A stretch of DNA of 63,757 nt, counting the filler, from Reticulomyxa filosa (lineage: Eukaryota; Protista; Foraminifera): NCBI GenBank assembly GCA_000512085.1. It is 25 parts of 25 records of this genome, joined end to end, with 100 filler letters (N's around TTAATTAATTAA, not from the genome) between each part and the next. Parts side by side here need not be neighbours in the genome. Positions count along the whole stretch, not along the records: positions 24,417 to 27,038 come from ASPP01005291.1; positions 27,139 to 28,701 come from ASPP01021444.1; positions 28,802 to 30,724 come from ASPP01033704.1; positions 30,825 to 34,688 come from ASPP01000301.1; positions 34,789 to 38,410 come from ASPP01029536.1; positions 38,511 to 39,638 come from ASPP01018086.1; 19 more parts are not named here. One strand, given 5' to 3'. The first letter of the stretch is position 1. Each line of letters begins with the position of its first letter. The notes below the pieces were generated by a model, which saw only the letters and a list, made by a program, of their open reading frames with translations, searched no databases and was not told the DNA's origin. Positions 26,376 through 39,638 of the stretch are shown piece after piece. A program made the position numbers and the translations under genes.

Positions 26376-28099
26376 TGTCTCTTTCTTTGACAACAGGCTC
26401 GAAGTAGAAAAATCAAGTGCTTGTACACAAAATGATTTGGGTTGATTGCAAACCAGACTGATTCAATCGATAAAAAGAAAAAGGGTCCCTCAACGTGAAA
26501 AAGTTTTGTACTGTAAAATCTACTGCAAAAAAAAGAGTCTCAAGCTGTTATATTGAAACTAGTTAATAATTTAAAGGAAAAACATGGTAAGAAATAAGGA
26601 ACAATTTTTGTACAAATATGGCTTGGAATGGCACAAGCCTGCTTCTCAATGATTTTTGAATCTAACTAGAAAAGTATTGTCATGGTTCAATGTGATTGAT
26701 GGATAAAACTAAGAAATACTTGGCGTGGAATATCAAACGATGCTATCCTTGTCTGCTCAAAAGAAAGAAAACAAGAGAAGAAAATAGCATAAACACTAAA
26801 ACTGTAGGCTCAAAAAAAAATAATAATAGTGATAAAAAGACGTAGTTCAAATGGTAATGCGACTGTGGATTGCGACACACAAAAATTGGGTTATGCTTCA
26901 ACAACACTTTATTTTTTTTTCTGGTTTATTTAAATTCACAGTATCTGTCTTGGTTTTGGCTACTTTATGAACCCTGAGTATCAAACAAAATTATATTTTT
27001 TGCAAGTCTTTTTTTAACAAAATGAGAAAGGGGGGGGGNNNNNNNNNNNNNNNNNNNNNNNNNNNNNNNNNNNNNNNNNNNNTTAATTAATTAANNNNNN
27101 NNNNNNNNNNNNNNNNNNNNNNNNNNNNNNNNNNNNNNAACAACAAGTTTTGCTTTGTGTTCTGATTTTGGTAAAGAAATAGGTTTTTTTCTCTGTCTCG
27201 CGAAAGTGCATCCAGCTTCAAAAAGCTCGTATATATCGTATGAAATTGCAGTACATCAAAGAAGACAAGATGAAATATTTTATTTTTGTAACATACAAAA
27301 AAAAGACACTTACTGGTAATGCTCATCATTTCACTACGTTATCCCATAGAGGTGTTAACAATGTTGCAATATTTATTTTCAAAATATATCAAGACAGTAT
27401 TGTTCATATGATATCCAAGTAAAGAAAAATTAGATGTGATAACAGAAATGGATAAACAGAAGAGACCGGAAAAACAGTGCGGACAATGAAAATATTGAAT
27501 CGGTATATTCCGTTCACTGACACCCAAACGAGCTTCACAAAAGGCTTGCGCATTGGAAACAGGCTTGGCCTATAAGTGATCAAGAATATATTTTACATTT
27601 TCATCCTTATATGAGAATATTTATCTGTCTTTGAAGCATGGAAGTTGCGAGAAAAGAAAAAGAAAATTTTTAAGAGACGTTGTTGCAATCATAATATCAA
27701 TTTATTTTCTATTTTTGCAGTAGAAAAAACTTCAATCGAATTTGCAATAATAAATAAATTTTAAATTGCGTTGTAAATATTTCTCAAATATTTTATCACA
27801 TTTTTGGCTCAAAAAATAGAAAAATGGGATACAAACAATTCGTCGAGATATATACACATTTTTGATAAGGGAAAAAGGTAATGGGATCTTTTTCAACATT
27901 TTTTTCTTTGGTCCCTTGTGTTCCTTCCAAAGTTTTCCCGAGACTTTTCAAAATTTCTGAAAAAATATTGATAGTTACAAAAAGAAGTAATATTTTGAAT
28001 CTTTGGAGATTGATTTAGCAAAACCAAATACAAGAGATTCTTTTTTAAAAATACAAATTAACATTATGAAATGTTAACATAACCGAAAATCATTTTCAA

Positions 28100-28701
28100 A
28101 TTTATGCATTTTCTGTTTTTCACTTTTTTTATTACATCCACCAATGATATGAACATTCATTTCATTGTCACTAAAAATTGCAAATGATACAAATGTTCCA
28201 TTGACAATGTGATTTGCATTGACTCAATGTTTTATTTTTCATTGAATACTTATATACACACCATTGCTTTTTCGTGTGTAGTACAATTCTTTCCACCAAA
28301 TAAAAATATAAAATCATAAAGATACACAAATCAATAAAATGTGAAATCATTCAAAGCAAGACAAATGGATAATTTTTCATAATAAAATAATTTATTTTTT
28401 TATCCTATTTTATTAATAATCCTGTGTTATAACAAAATAATATGAAATTATTGATTACTTTCTCATTATTCATTGTCAATTGTGCAAAGCAACGACATTG
28501 AATACCAAATTTGTGTCCCTTTGTTATTTTTGATTTCATTCAATGATTTTATTGTCTTCAAATCACTTTAATGTATCCTGGAAAATATGTGATAAACAAT
28601 AAATCATTATTTTTTCCACCAATCAATACACGTACTCCTTCTAAACTATTTCCTAATTTTCCAATGTTGGTATCTTGATTATGTTGTATCCAAGTATTGA
28701 A
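28100..28701 (-). pseudogene. Kelch-repeat protein pseudogene fragment
   Basis: GVRVLIGGKNNDLLFITYFP; NFILFCYNTGLLI; YDFIFLFGG; YSMKNKT; NVHIIGG. Internal stops and frameshifts. Confidence 0.8.
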
Positions 28702-29049
28702 NNNNNNNNNNNNNNNNNNNNNNNNNNNNNNNNNNNNNNNNNNNNTTAATTAATTAANNNNNNNNNNNNNNNNNNNNNNNNNNNNNNNNNNNNNNNNNNN
28801 NATTCCTTCTTTTTTGGAATTATCATAAGTGGAAAAAATATTTGATATCGAAAATAAGAAAATCGACGAAAAATCTCAGATAGATGTACCCACAATCAAC
28901 ATGATGATACACTATCAAAACATGTACATCTTCAACCATAATTTCTGAACATTCCAGGAGTGGGGATCGGATTAACAAACATAATTTATTCTATTTTTAA
29001 AGCTATGGATCTCTTACCAAAAAATGCAGTTTAAAAAAAAATTTTCCCG

Positions 29050-30724
29050 TAGAATCCTTACCAGTGGGAAAAGCTCAGCTTGATGAGCGTGAACAAAGTT
29101 TGCAATTGGTCTTTAGAGCCAAGATACTCCAAAGTAGATTTGACGAAAAAAAGATCCTCAAAAAGAAAGACATGGTACCACAATTTCGACAAGTGGCGGA
29201 AACACTACAGCGACGGTTGAGTGTGTGTCAAGACCACAGAGTACTTCAAGATCGTACAAGAAATCACTCTTGTGACTATGTCGTTGGTAATTGAATTGAA
29301 TTAACTAATAATAAAAAAGGTATTTTTTTTTTTAAACATACGTACATATTATGTATACACAATGTACATATACACATGCCTTTTTTTCACTTTTAATTTG
29401 TTGAGTTGCGTATCGATTTTTAACAGCTTAAAAAAACAATATGTTGACTTTTTTGCAGATGAGATCAAATACATTGGGAAAGACGATTGGTTGGGCATCG
29501 AATTGGACAATGACAACAACTACTTCACCACCAAAGAGGGCTTATGGCTTGTTTATCACAAGGAAAACAATTGTCAAACAACTGGAGAATTCAGCCACAA
29601 TAAAGAAGTCTTGTTTGAAGTGAGCGACTGTGTCTTGCTTAAAGACAAAACCATTGGTCAGTCTCAGCTTTTCTTCTAAACATTTTCCCTGCTGAAAAGT
29701 TTTTGTTTTATTTTGAACGTAAGACGTGTTGACAAGGCATTCTTATTTAATGATTGAATGAAAAAAGATACGTTGAATACAAACCGGGATGCAGTTACTT
29801 TACATACGTCGGCGATGTGAACTCAATAGTGAAAACACATGCAGAAATGCTGATGGTGAAACAGCCCGAGACCAGCTTTTAGGTACCAAAGTCATATAAC
29901 GACGATTTAAGTGAAAGTAAGTTTGTAAAGATCAAGTACTATGATATTATTGGATTAGAAAATGGAGGTGATGGAAATGTATATATCAAAGAGTATTTCA
30001 TCACGGATTTTGACAAAGACGCATGGATCGGGCTCGTGTTAGATGACTTTTCGGCCAATGCCATGGGCAGCATAGTCAAGGGCGCTTTTTCGCTCCGCCA
30101 AAGTATCTCATCAAAAATTTGGGTTCGATTATAGACGAGCCATTCAACATGGTACCGCAGACCAATAGCGTCAAGCGCGACATCCACTTGAATATCGGAG
30201 ATCACATCCTGTTGACAGAAGGATGCACCAGCGTTGTAAAATATATTGACACGGAGACTGGCAACGGCTCGAGTGACCTCCCTTATTGGAATGGACACGT
30301 ATGGGGCCCCAATGCCAACGATGGAACATTTGACTGGCAAACACTGTTTCAAACCAAAATGGAAAGAGACGACAGTCAGTGTTCCAATTATTGTCGTCCA
30401 AGTCCGATGCAGAATCATTGTTCAAAGAAAGAAGAAGCGGGAGGGAATCACGTTTTGTTGCATTCGAGCGAAGAAAGGGATGTCACATTGATCGAAAGTA
30501 GCAGCAACTCCAAGCAAACTGGTCGACGTGAAGTAAAACTTGGGCAAACATCAGCCACCATTACAACAAGAATTGCTGAAACATCTAAAAATCGACAATC
30601 ACGGTAAATAAACCTCCAAGGAGGGGGGGATGAGTGTGCATTTGTCGAAAGCAATAACAAGTATCAAGATAATGCATTGATGGACATACTTTTGAAAATA
30701 GTCCCAGATTTGCACAAGTGTATC
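29050..30724 (+). pseudogene. Multi-CAP-Gly-domain protein, degenerate
   Basis: IKYIGKDDWLGIELD; TDFDKDAWIGLVLDDFSANA; HLNIGDHILLTEGCTSVVKYI..WGPNANDGTFD/GKHCFK. Confidence 0.8.
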
Positions 30725-30824
30725 NNNNNNNNNNNNNNNNNNNNNNNNNNNNNNNNNNNNNNNNNNNNTTAATTAATTAANNNNNNNNNNNNNNNNNNNN
30801 NNNNNNNNNNNNNNNNNNNNNNNN

Positions 30825-32362
30825 AATTTCTTAATTTTAATAAAAGTGCAAATGATACGCATTCTCGCTTAAAAACTACAAGATTTGTAGATATTTTTTT
30901 AAAAAAAAATTAGGTCTAAATGTTGATTTTTCATGGAGAAAATCAATTATCATCATAGGATATCGTTTTAGGCGTTCAGTTTTCTTTGCAACTTACTGTA
31001 GTCATGACTCACAAGCTGCCTGGAATACAACAAAGAATTTTATTTGAAAGAATACGTATGTGAATGTCGTATCATGAAGCTGGCCAGCAATTTGTGATAC
31101 ATCATGACACATCAAAAAAAGTTTACCTCAGCATCATCAACAGTGGAACTATTACACTCAAAAGATGATCTGGATGTCCTAAAACGTTGACTGATAGAGA
31201 TTCTAGGCTTGCGAAGCTCTTAATTTACTCTGGATATGTACAAACAGAGTAGATTTTCAGAGAATACTCGCACGAACATATAAAAGAAAGTTCTCCTTGA
31301 GCACTGTGAAGAACATTTTAAAATCTCAGTGTTTAAATGGTCGCATACGTATCAAAAAACATCGTTTAACTAAGCTCCATAAAAAATTACGTTTATAGTT
31401 CGCCAAAAAACACAAATCATTGACCAAAAGTGATTGTAGAAAAGTGATTTTTTCCGATGAAACGGAAATAAATCGTTTCGAAAGTTAAGGAAAATAATAC
31501 ATTTGGCGAAGACCTAATGAAATAATTTACGATCGTACTACTAAGCCTACTGTGAAAGGTGGAGGAAGCATTATGATTTGTGGATGCATGGGGGCGAAAG
31601 TAGTCAGTGATGTTGCCAAAATCACATGAACTGTTAACTCTAAGTTGTAAAAAGAGATTCTCGCTACGAAATGTGGAACTATCGTCAATATTGTCTCGAA
31701 GAAAAATATCATTGTGACTTTATCTTTCAGCAAGACAATGCATCTTGTCACAAGTCAAATTCAACTATGGAATTTTTGGAGAATAATCGAATAGCTCTCT
31801 TAGAACATCCTCCGCAGAGCACAGACCTTAATCCAATCGAGAATCTGTGGCAAACTATAAAGATGAAGATCCACCAAAACCATGAAGTTACATTTTTGGA
31901 GCAGTTTTGGGATGTGTTTGAGAAAGAATGAGAAGAAATTGACAAAGATATTTGTAGAACGTTAGTGAAATCCATGCCTGATATGATAAAAGCTTTGATC
32001 AAAGCAATGGATAGGCATATGAAATATTAAGAATTTTTGTTTGTTTTTATTTGTTTGTAACGGTAGTTATTATATCTACTGTGGAAGTATCTTCTTGTAA
32101 ATAATTTTGTAAAAAGCAAATCATTCTGCTACCTACCTCAAGGTGATGTGGAGATATTAAATCAATTTCAATCATTTTTGAAAATTTTTTTCTTCCAACA
32201 ACTTTTCTAAATTTTTGTTTATTGTTTTTACAAAATACTTATAAAAGTGTAAACGTATATCCAGTAAACCAGAAAAAATAATCACAATTTGCTACTAAAA
32301 TTTTTGTTAGAAACACAAAAAGTTCATATTTTAGGAGTTGGTAATTTTTTTTGTCGAAACTG
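30825..32362 (+). mobile_element. Decayed Tc1/mariner DNA transposon; transposase pseudogene ~31004-32030; left end cut by the contig edge
   Basis: SGCPKTLT; VIFSDETEIN; KPTVKGGGSIMICGCM; FQQDNASCH; HPPQSTDLNPIENLW; LVKSMP..KY*. The putative right end ...GTCGAAACTG is followed by TA at 32363-32364. Confidence 0.92.
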
Positions 32363-33646
32363 TAGTAAGTCACAGTGAAAAATAACTATTTCTTCATAAA
32401 GCAGAATTATATTTTCTTTTATATTGTATCATGACATGCTAAAACTTTTTGTTGTATTTTTCGGAAACTTTACATAATATAGACATGTTTTAAAAATTCT
32501 AAAATTGAGAAATTACGCTTCTTATTTGTATATTTTTATTTTTTGCATTTTTTTTTCAATTTTTTAAAATTCTTTTTTTTGCCATCCTAAAATGCCATCT
32601 TATGAATATGATTGATTTTCTCTGTGAAAAACAAAAAAGCAAACTCCGAAGATAATTATATCAAGATTAATATCGAAGTTGCAAGCAATTTGAAAAGGTT
32701 CAGCCGTAAAAATGTAACGAGAAGATTTTTTTAAAAAAGCGAAGTAGTTTTCAATCCCTGGGCCTGTCTCTCAAGTGGTCTGCTTATACAGTTGTAATTT
32801 TTTTGGTGAATATTTACTGCCCTTTCTTTGTTTGTTGCGTAGGGTTATATTTTAGTATATCAGTTCTTGTGCAGTATTTCCTTGTGCTTGTAAGATGTCA
32901 AATTCAGGTTAGTAGCGAAAACAACATAAATGAAAGCTCTATTATTTCACTTTTTGCTTTTGCCAAAAAAGAAAAAACTACCAGTGTCAAACCGATCTTC
33001 AAGAATGACGGGCCAGAAGACACCAAGGGTTCTGGAGATGACGCCATGAATTCAGCTAAGAGAAATGATCGTCCAATCCAGGTTTGTAGTGATTGTGAGA
33101 AACAAGTTTACAAAATTACACAAAGCTCTTTTTTTTAATGTTATTACTCCAAATAGCCTCCTTCAGACTCTGAAAATATGAGCAGCGAAATTCTTGAAGT
33201 TTTATCCTTTTGATATTTGAAAATTAACCTGATTCTTTTTTGGCTTTTTGAAAAAAGTTTGAAGCAACGATGAGCAGAGAAGAAAAAAACAACTCCAATT
33301 TTCTATATAAAATGGACAAAAAAAAAAGATGGATCCTTACAATATACGATATATTGGTGAAATTGACAAAGCGAAACCTTCTGACAAATCAGTTTAACAT
33401 ATAAAAAGTCCGTCATACAACATAAACATAAGCTCTGTTTTAAAAAAATGGTGTGTGGTGTACCAAACAAGCAACAAATATGCATCTATGCGTGTCAGTG
33501 CGCATCGCAAAAAAAGGAGGCATTGTTTATGGAGATTTTGCAACGGTATCACAAGCACATCAAATGGGATGAATCATTTAAATTTAACTCTTACCAGGTG
33601 AAAAAACGTGGAGAGAATTTTTGAAAAAACACAGACTTAAATATAC

Positions 33647-34688
33647 GTGTGTTTGTATGTGAAATGTAAAAAGGACACGCTTTTGGCGCATTTGGTATGC
33701 CCGTTGACTGCAAATAATGTGAAATGTGCGCGGTATTTGTTGGAAACAGGATTTATGGGCCTAGAGGTGTATCAACATGTATTTGATGGCGCATTACAAA
33801 CAGCGATTTCATTTCAAAACACGCCAGGGATAAAGATACTATTAGCAGAAAAGTTTTCAAACAAGAAAGATAAAGTGATGCGTGATTATGCAATGAAGCA
33901 AATGGTGGAAAAAAGTAAGTGTGATCAATTGTATGAAGAATTGAAGAAACAGGCCGAATTAATTGAAAAGGATAAATCCAGTCAGACTGTATTGAATCTA
34001 ATTATGAAAGTGTTAACCAAAACCATGATTGAAATGGTCAAGCAAGGCAAGATCTTAAGTAGCGACGTGTTCAATCTGTGTTGGTTGCACAACAAAGACG
34101 AAATAGGAGATGTCATGCTTGAAAAGTGCAAACAATTATTAAACATTGAAAAATTGTTCAATAATATAAACGAGCAAAAATGGTTGGAAGAGTATGTCGT
34201 GAACAATCGGAATTTATTGCTTTGGATGGATGAAGTGAAAGAATCTGAGAACGAGAATAAAGAAGAGACTACAATCACTGATAACAAAGATCAAAATGAA
34301 ACATCTAATAAATGCGTAAAGTGGCACGATCTTCAAAAGAAATGTAATGATGAAATCAAACAAGCAGAGGAAAAACTTAAGGACGCACTCCAACAAGAGA
34401 TTACATCGAGTGAAGAATCTCTGGAAAATTACAAAAAACTGACTCAGTTCAAATGGGACGTGCAATTAGCAAAAGAATGTCGCCAAGACAACGATCCCAA
34501 TGGTGTGCAGCGCAAAATCAGCGAACAAAAGTTATTGAAAATGCAAATCAACAGCGAGAACATGATTTTTGATTTCAAATATGTCTACGACTTTGAAGTG
34601 TATTTGAACGAGTTATTGGCCAGGGCTCACATCATGAACGACTCCTTCCAAACTGAAATGGAAAACATTTTTCGGAGTTGTGAAGGAT
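33647..34688 (+). CDS. Large helical protein with degenerate ankyrin-like N-part, truncated at contig end
   Basis: Uninterrupted ORF of ~345 codons. NNVKCARYLLETG and ALQTAISFQNTPGIKILL are ankyrin-like. It ends RQD..G..YDFEVYLNELLARAHIMNDSFQ. Confidence 0.7.
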
Positions 34689-36022
34689 NNNNNNNNNNNN
34701 NNNNNNNNNNNNNNNNNNNNNNNNNNNNNNNNTTAATTAATTAANNNNNNNNNNNNNNNNNNNNNNNNNNNNNNNNNNNNNNNNNNNNGTTTGCAAATCA
34801 TTTGAAGACTGTATATGTCCTCAACTCAAATTTTCATTGTCTTTTTGAAATAGAATTTCAGTCGATTTTATTAAATTACACTAATCATAATGTCCAATCG
34901 ATTGCAGGATATCGTCATCTTCGTATAAAACAAACATCTTTTTAATTTAAATAATTAGTCTTTGAATGAAGATAAGTCATTTTGTTTCTTTTTTAATTAT
35001 TGTTATAAATTTTGTATAATTATTACGTTATCTTCAATAGTATGTTGAAGATTGTGTAATAAGCTTTCGTAAAACAATATATGTTTCTGTATACCCTTTT
35101 CGCATACTATGTGTATTCAATCAACAACACTTAAATATATCCTTTTTTTTACAATACATACCTGACTACTGGTCATATAATAGCATAAAATTTTTATTCG
35201 TTATATTCTGTTATTTCATCGTCAGCAATCAATTCTTTCAATTTGCGTTTGGTTTTTTTCTTTTTTGTTTTTGTATTTGCGTTTGTGTTTGTATATGTTG
35301 ATATTTGTATTCGTATTTTCGTTTATGATCGTCTTATTATTTTTGTATTAGTGCATGTACTTATTAGTCTTTGCGTTAGTAACCTTCTTCGTTTTTGTAT
35401 TCTCCATCATGTTCGTATTCGTCCTTGTCATTGTTTTTGTGTCGATGTTGTCACTATCTTTGTCATTGATGTTGATATCATTTTCTGTACAATATATGTG
35501 CACATATACTTGTCAATATATCTGGACCGATTTCATTCGCGCTTCGAGAGTATAGTGACTTCAATTCTTTATGCTTGTCTTTATTTGACACAGTTTCATT
35601 CTGCAAAGGAAAAACTCTTTTTTAAAAAATTTAATAAGTTCAGAATTTTATGGAACTAGATATTTGTGACTTCTTTGAAATGTGCAGTAAAAAAGTCAAT
35701 GAAAATAAATAAAACAGAACAACCAACCATGGTCATTTTCATTAGTTATCACTCAGTAAACACAAATCAACAAGTTCAATCACAGTTTGCTCACTGTTAA
35801 CTTTTTTAGTAGTTCAGATTATGTTGTTTTTTGTTTTGCAAACATAAAACTTGAAATAAATTCAACAACAAAAAAGAAAAACAAAACACCCAGTACCAAG
35901 CAACAACCAATGGTAGACCCACTCTTCCTTCCTTAAATCCAAATCAAGAAAAAGGAGGAGTAAGTTAGTTATTATTTTGTTTTTATTTGTTTGTTTTTTA
36001 AACAAAGATAATTTGAATGCGA

Positions 36023-36935
36023 TTATTCTTCATACTCAACCTCTTCATGGTATTGATTTCTGTTATTTGCTCTTGGATATCCCATTCTCTCATTGTTGCG
36101 TTTATTTTCGCGATCCGGTCTGACCAACTCGTATTCAATTTGACTTAAATTTTTCTTTTGGTCAACTGATTCAATTTTTTGGTTGGAGAGTTCGATCAAA
36201 CCCCAGCGATCAACAGCCAATCGCATAAAATTACGATACATTTCCACTTTTGCATTGCGAAACACATAAGTTTCTCCTGGTTTTATCTCGTCCACCAAAG
36301 GAGCTGGTTTTTATTTAATTTATTTTAGTATTATTTTGTGTTTTTTTCTTTCGCAAAGTAACACAAATAAATGCGAATATACATGCAGTTTTGCATGTAC
36401 ATAGAAATTTTCGACACAAAGACAACAATTGATGTTAAGTCTGTTATTTTCTTGGGAGGAGAAAAGAAAGCGTATGTGCGGGAACATTTTTTTTTTGGAT
36501 ACAAATTTTCCGAAATTTCTGTTACCAAAAAAATGAAAACATTTACAGATACGTAACATCGAACGCTCATTGTAATGATTCCCGTTTCGTCACCAATGGT
36601 CGCCTCATTCACGCGCAACACACTGCCGTCCAAGTTTCGACGATTCAATTTTTCACGAACTTCCAAAACCTTTTTTTTGTTTTCTTTTCTTTTCGTCATT
36701 GTTTGAGACATAATATCGAAGAGATCATTTTGTTGTCTTATAATGTATTACCTTTCCATGTAAAGAAAAGCCACTCCACAAAGGCTGAAGATCCTTGATT
36801 TTCACAACTATTCAATCAATATTCACATAAAACAAAAATTACACCTGCTGGGTCTTGTTGTTGCAACTTACGTTTTGGTTTGCGCAACACAGCTTTCTCG
36901 TTCGAGGGAGTTTTTTGTTCTGGTTGTGTTGTCAT
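36023..36935 (-). CDS. Single OB-fold nucleic-acid (ssDNA)-binding protein, At4g28440/archaeal SSB-like, 4 exons
   Basis: LRKPK|LVKIKDLQP..GK|VLEV..VNEATIGDETGIITMSVR|..IKPGETYVFRNAKVEMYRNFMRLAVDRWG..NLSQIEYELV, with GT-AG introns. Confidence 0.9.
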
Positions 36936-37920
36936 TTCTTTGAATTCAGAGATATTGCAGGAATATAGAATGAAATGAACAAAAGTATCTGGCTTTGTTT
37001 ATTTTGGAAGCAAAAATTTCAAAGGTTCAACGTCCTGGCACACCAAGTGCGTACCTGGCAATATTACTTTTATTTCGCAATTTAGTGTCCAATTCTCAAA
37101 AAATATTTTCCTAATTATATACTGAATGTTGATACAGTGCTTATTAATTAATTAGAATAACACCAAAACCAAAAAAAGCAATAAAATTTTTAAAAACTAT
37201 GTTGAGTGTTTGTTTTTTATGGGAGAATTGATCCTAATAGGATGCATTTTTGGTTTTCAGTTTTTTTCAACTTCACTGTTTATCCTGTAGAGCAGTGCCC
37301 AACAGTTAGGAAACACTGGCCTTTTTTTCTCAAACTACTTACCTTCATACTTGCTCTCTTTTCTTCTTTGTTGTCGCTTGTCATTTATTCTCTTTTGATT
37401 TGACCATTTGTTGTTGAAAACATTGCTCAGAGAGCAATCCTTCGTGTTATACTTTGCACAAGCTTGAGCAGCTTCATTTTAAAAATTTTTTTTTGAAGAA
37501 TAAAAAAGATAACCCAAAGTGTAATATTGCATGCCTTAATCTCGTTAGAAATGTTCTCCGTTAAGAAGAAATATTCTGAAAAGTGTCAATAACTACAAGG
37601 TACCAACATTGCAAAAATTTGTAAATTTTTGATTGATTATACTGCAAAATGATGGATTTGAAAATACATAAATCACACAAAGGTGTTCATCACTAATTTA
37701 AAGAACAAACAAAAGTTATCTCTGTGCTTGTATCAGGAACACAGAATAAGTAAAAAAAGCATATTTTGAAAGAAGCTCCAGATTTTATAATTCAAGCTTT
37801 GCTTTCGAAGTTTTCAATGTTAATTATTGTCTTCATCTTCATCCATTCGACCTGTAGCAATAGGCAAATATTCCCCCCAAAATGAACATGTAGTTGTAGC
37901 TTGCGAATGTTATTTCCCTC

Positions 37921-38290
37921 TTATTTTGTGTTATGCAATTCAAAACTGTTGAATTCAGGCCTTTGATAGTTTGAAAATATTTTCCTTTTTGGATTTTTGA
38001 AGCCCGGTTTATCAGAGAATGACGACTGTGGTTTAGAAGGAGCACGTTTTAAAAAGCCCCACATATTGTCCGGAGCGGCAGCGGCAATAGTCTGTCCCTT
38101 CCACTCAACATTCACGATCGTCATTCCAGTAAGGCGTTCAATTTTTTTGATGACACAATCTGGAGAAAATAGTCGAGCAAAGCTCTCATCATCATTGAAT
38201 GAGCTGGGAACATTAGTGAACACAATTGGGATTTGTTCGGGTTGTGGTGTCGGTTTGTTTTGCGGCGTGGCTAGTCGTAGCACATACCCA
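37921..38290 (-). CDS. 3' exon of a protein with a possible degenerate RRM
   Basis: IVFTNVPSSFNDDESFARLFS resembles RNP2 plus helix 1. No clear RNP1 is visible. Confidence 0.35.
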
Positions 38291-38644
38291 TACACACATA
38301 AACACATAAACATGATATAGAAAGATGTGTTGCTGTCCTTTACCCTTCATTTACATTACTCCAAGATTTTAAAAAGTAAGTTCCATTTCCTTCTTCTCTC
38401 TCTCTCTCTCNNNNNNNNNNNNNNNNNNNNNNNNNNNNNNNNNNNNNNNNNNNNTTAATTAATTAANNNNNNNNNNNNNNNNNNNNNNNNNNNNNNNNNN
38501 NNNNNNNNNNTTTAAGCAAACTCCATATACATTAAAAAGTTTTCTGCATCCAATAACAAATTATTCGATAACATGATGATGGATTAATATTTTTTGGTTT
38601 GTTTATACAAAAGTATGCAATACATCTGGGCTCAGGGACTTGAT

Positions 38645-39156
38645 TTATTTTGCTCGTTCTGCGCTTTGGAAATATCCTTGTGGAACCACCCCTCGAATCT
38701 CCAAGTCCATCATAGTCGGACGTCGTTCACGTCTCAATTGTTTTTGCAGTTGTTCCTTGATTTGTTTCTTTCGGGCGCTAGTTTCATTTGAGTACAATAT
38801 ATGCTTTCGCATTAGCTCTTGTTGTGATGGTCGTCTCAATATTTTGCGTTCCAATTCTTCTAATCGTCGCCGCTGTTGCTCTTCATCCGAATCATCCGTA
38901 CTTTGTTGGTAATATCCATCAGACTGACATTCTTCACCGTCGGATGCAGATGAACTTCCGTCTTCTTTTTCTTCTTCCGGTTCCAAATGGTCCACAATTT
39001 CATGGGCAACCACGTCAACGTACTCAGGTTTTTCCATTAGTTTCTGACGCAATTCTTGTATTGCACTTTCTTGTCTTCGGTGACCGGAACGGATTTCCTC
39101 TGTCTGTTTTGCCAAAACAAATGTATATATTTTTTTTCCTCATCTATAAAAAAAGC

Positions 39157-39191
<35 letters not shown>

Positions 39192-39590
39192 TTACAAACA
39201 AAACTCTTTGTTCAAAGTATCCTTTAGGAACAACTCCAATTGCTTCCAATTGCTAAAGGGGTTATACAACTCGTCTAGTTTTCGTGACAGTGCACGAACA
39301 GCTTGCTGACGAGCCACTTTGACTGCTTGATCAGCTTCGCTTTTGTCCATGGTCAGGTATTCTTCTCGGATGAGTCCTCTCTGCACCAACTCCTTTGGTG
39401 TGGCTCGGTTCACCATTCGTTTCTTTAAATCCTCCTTTGCTAATCGGAGACGATGGCCTTTCAATTTCATTGCGGAAGATGCATCTGCAAAATAGTCTCC
39501 ATCAGTTGGAATTACACTTCTTTGCTGCAGTTCCAAAGGAGATACTCGTGTTGATAATCTCCTTTGCACAGTTTTTCGCTTGGCTTGGAA
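38645..39590 (-). CDS. RPEL-repeat (G-actin-binding) protein fragment
   Basis: About five RPEL-like units, e.g. RRLSTRVSPLELQQRSVI, LKKRMVNRATPKELVQRGLI, LERKILRRPSQQELMRKHIL, RRPTMMDLEIRGVVP. One intron (~39105-39204) and one frameshift (~39255). Confidence 0.85.
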
Positions 39591-39594
39591 GTCC

Positions 39595-39638
<44 letters not shown>

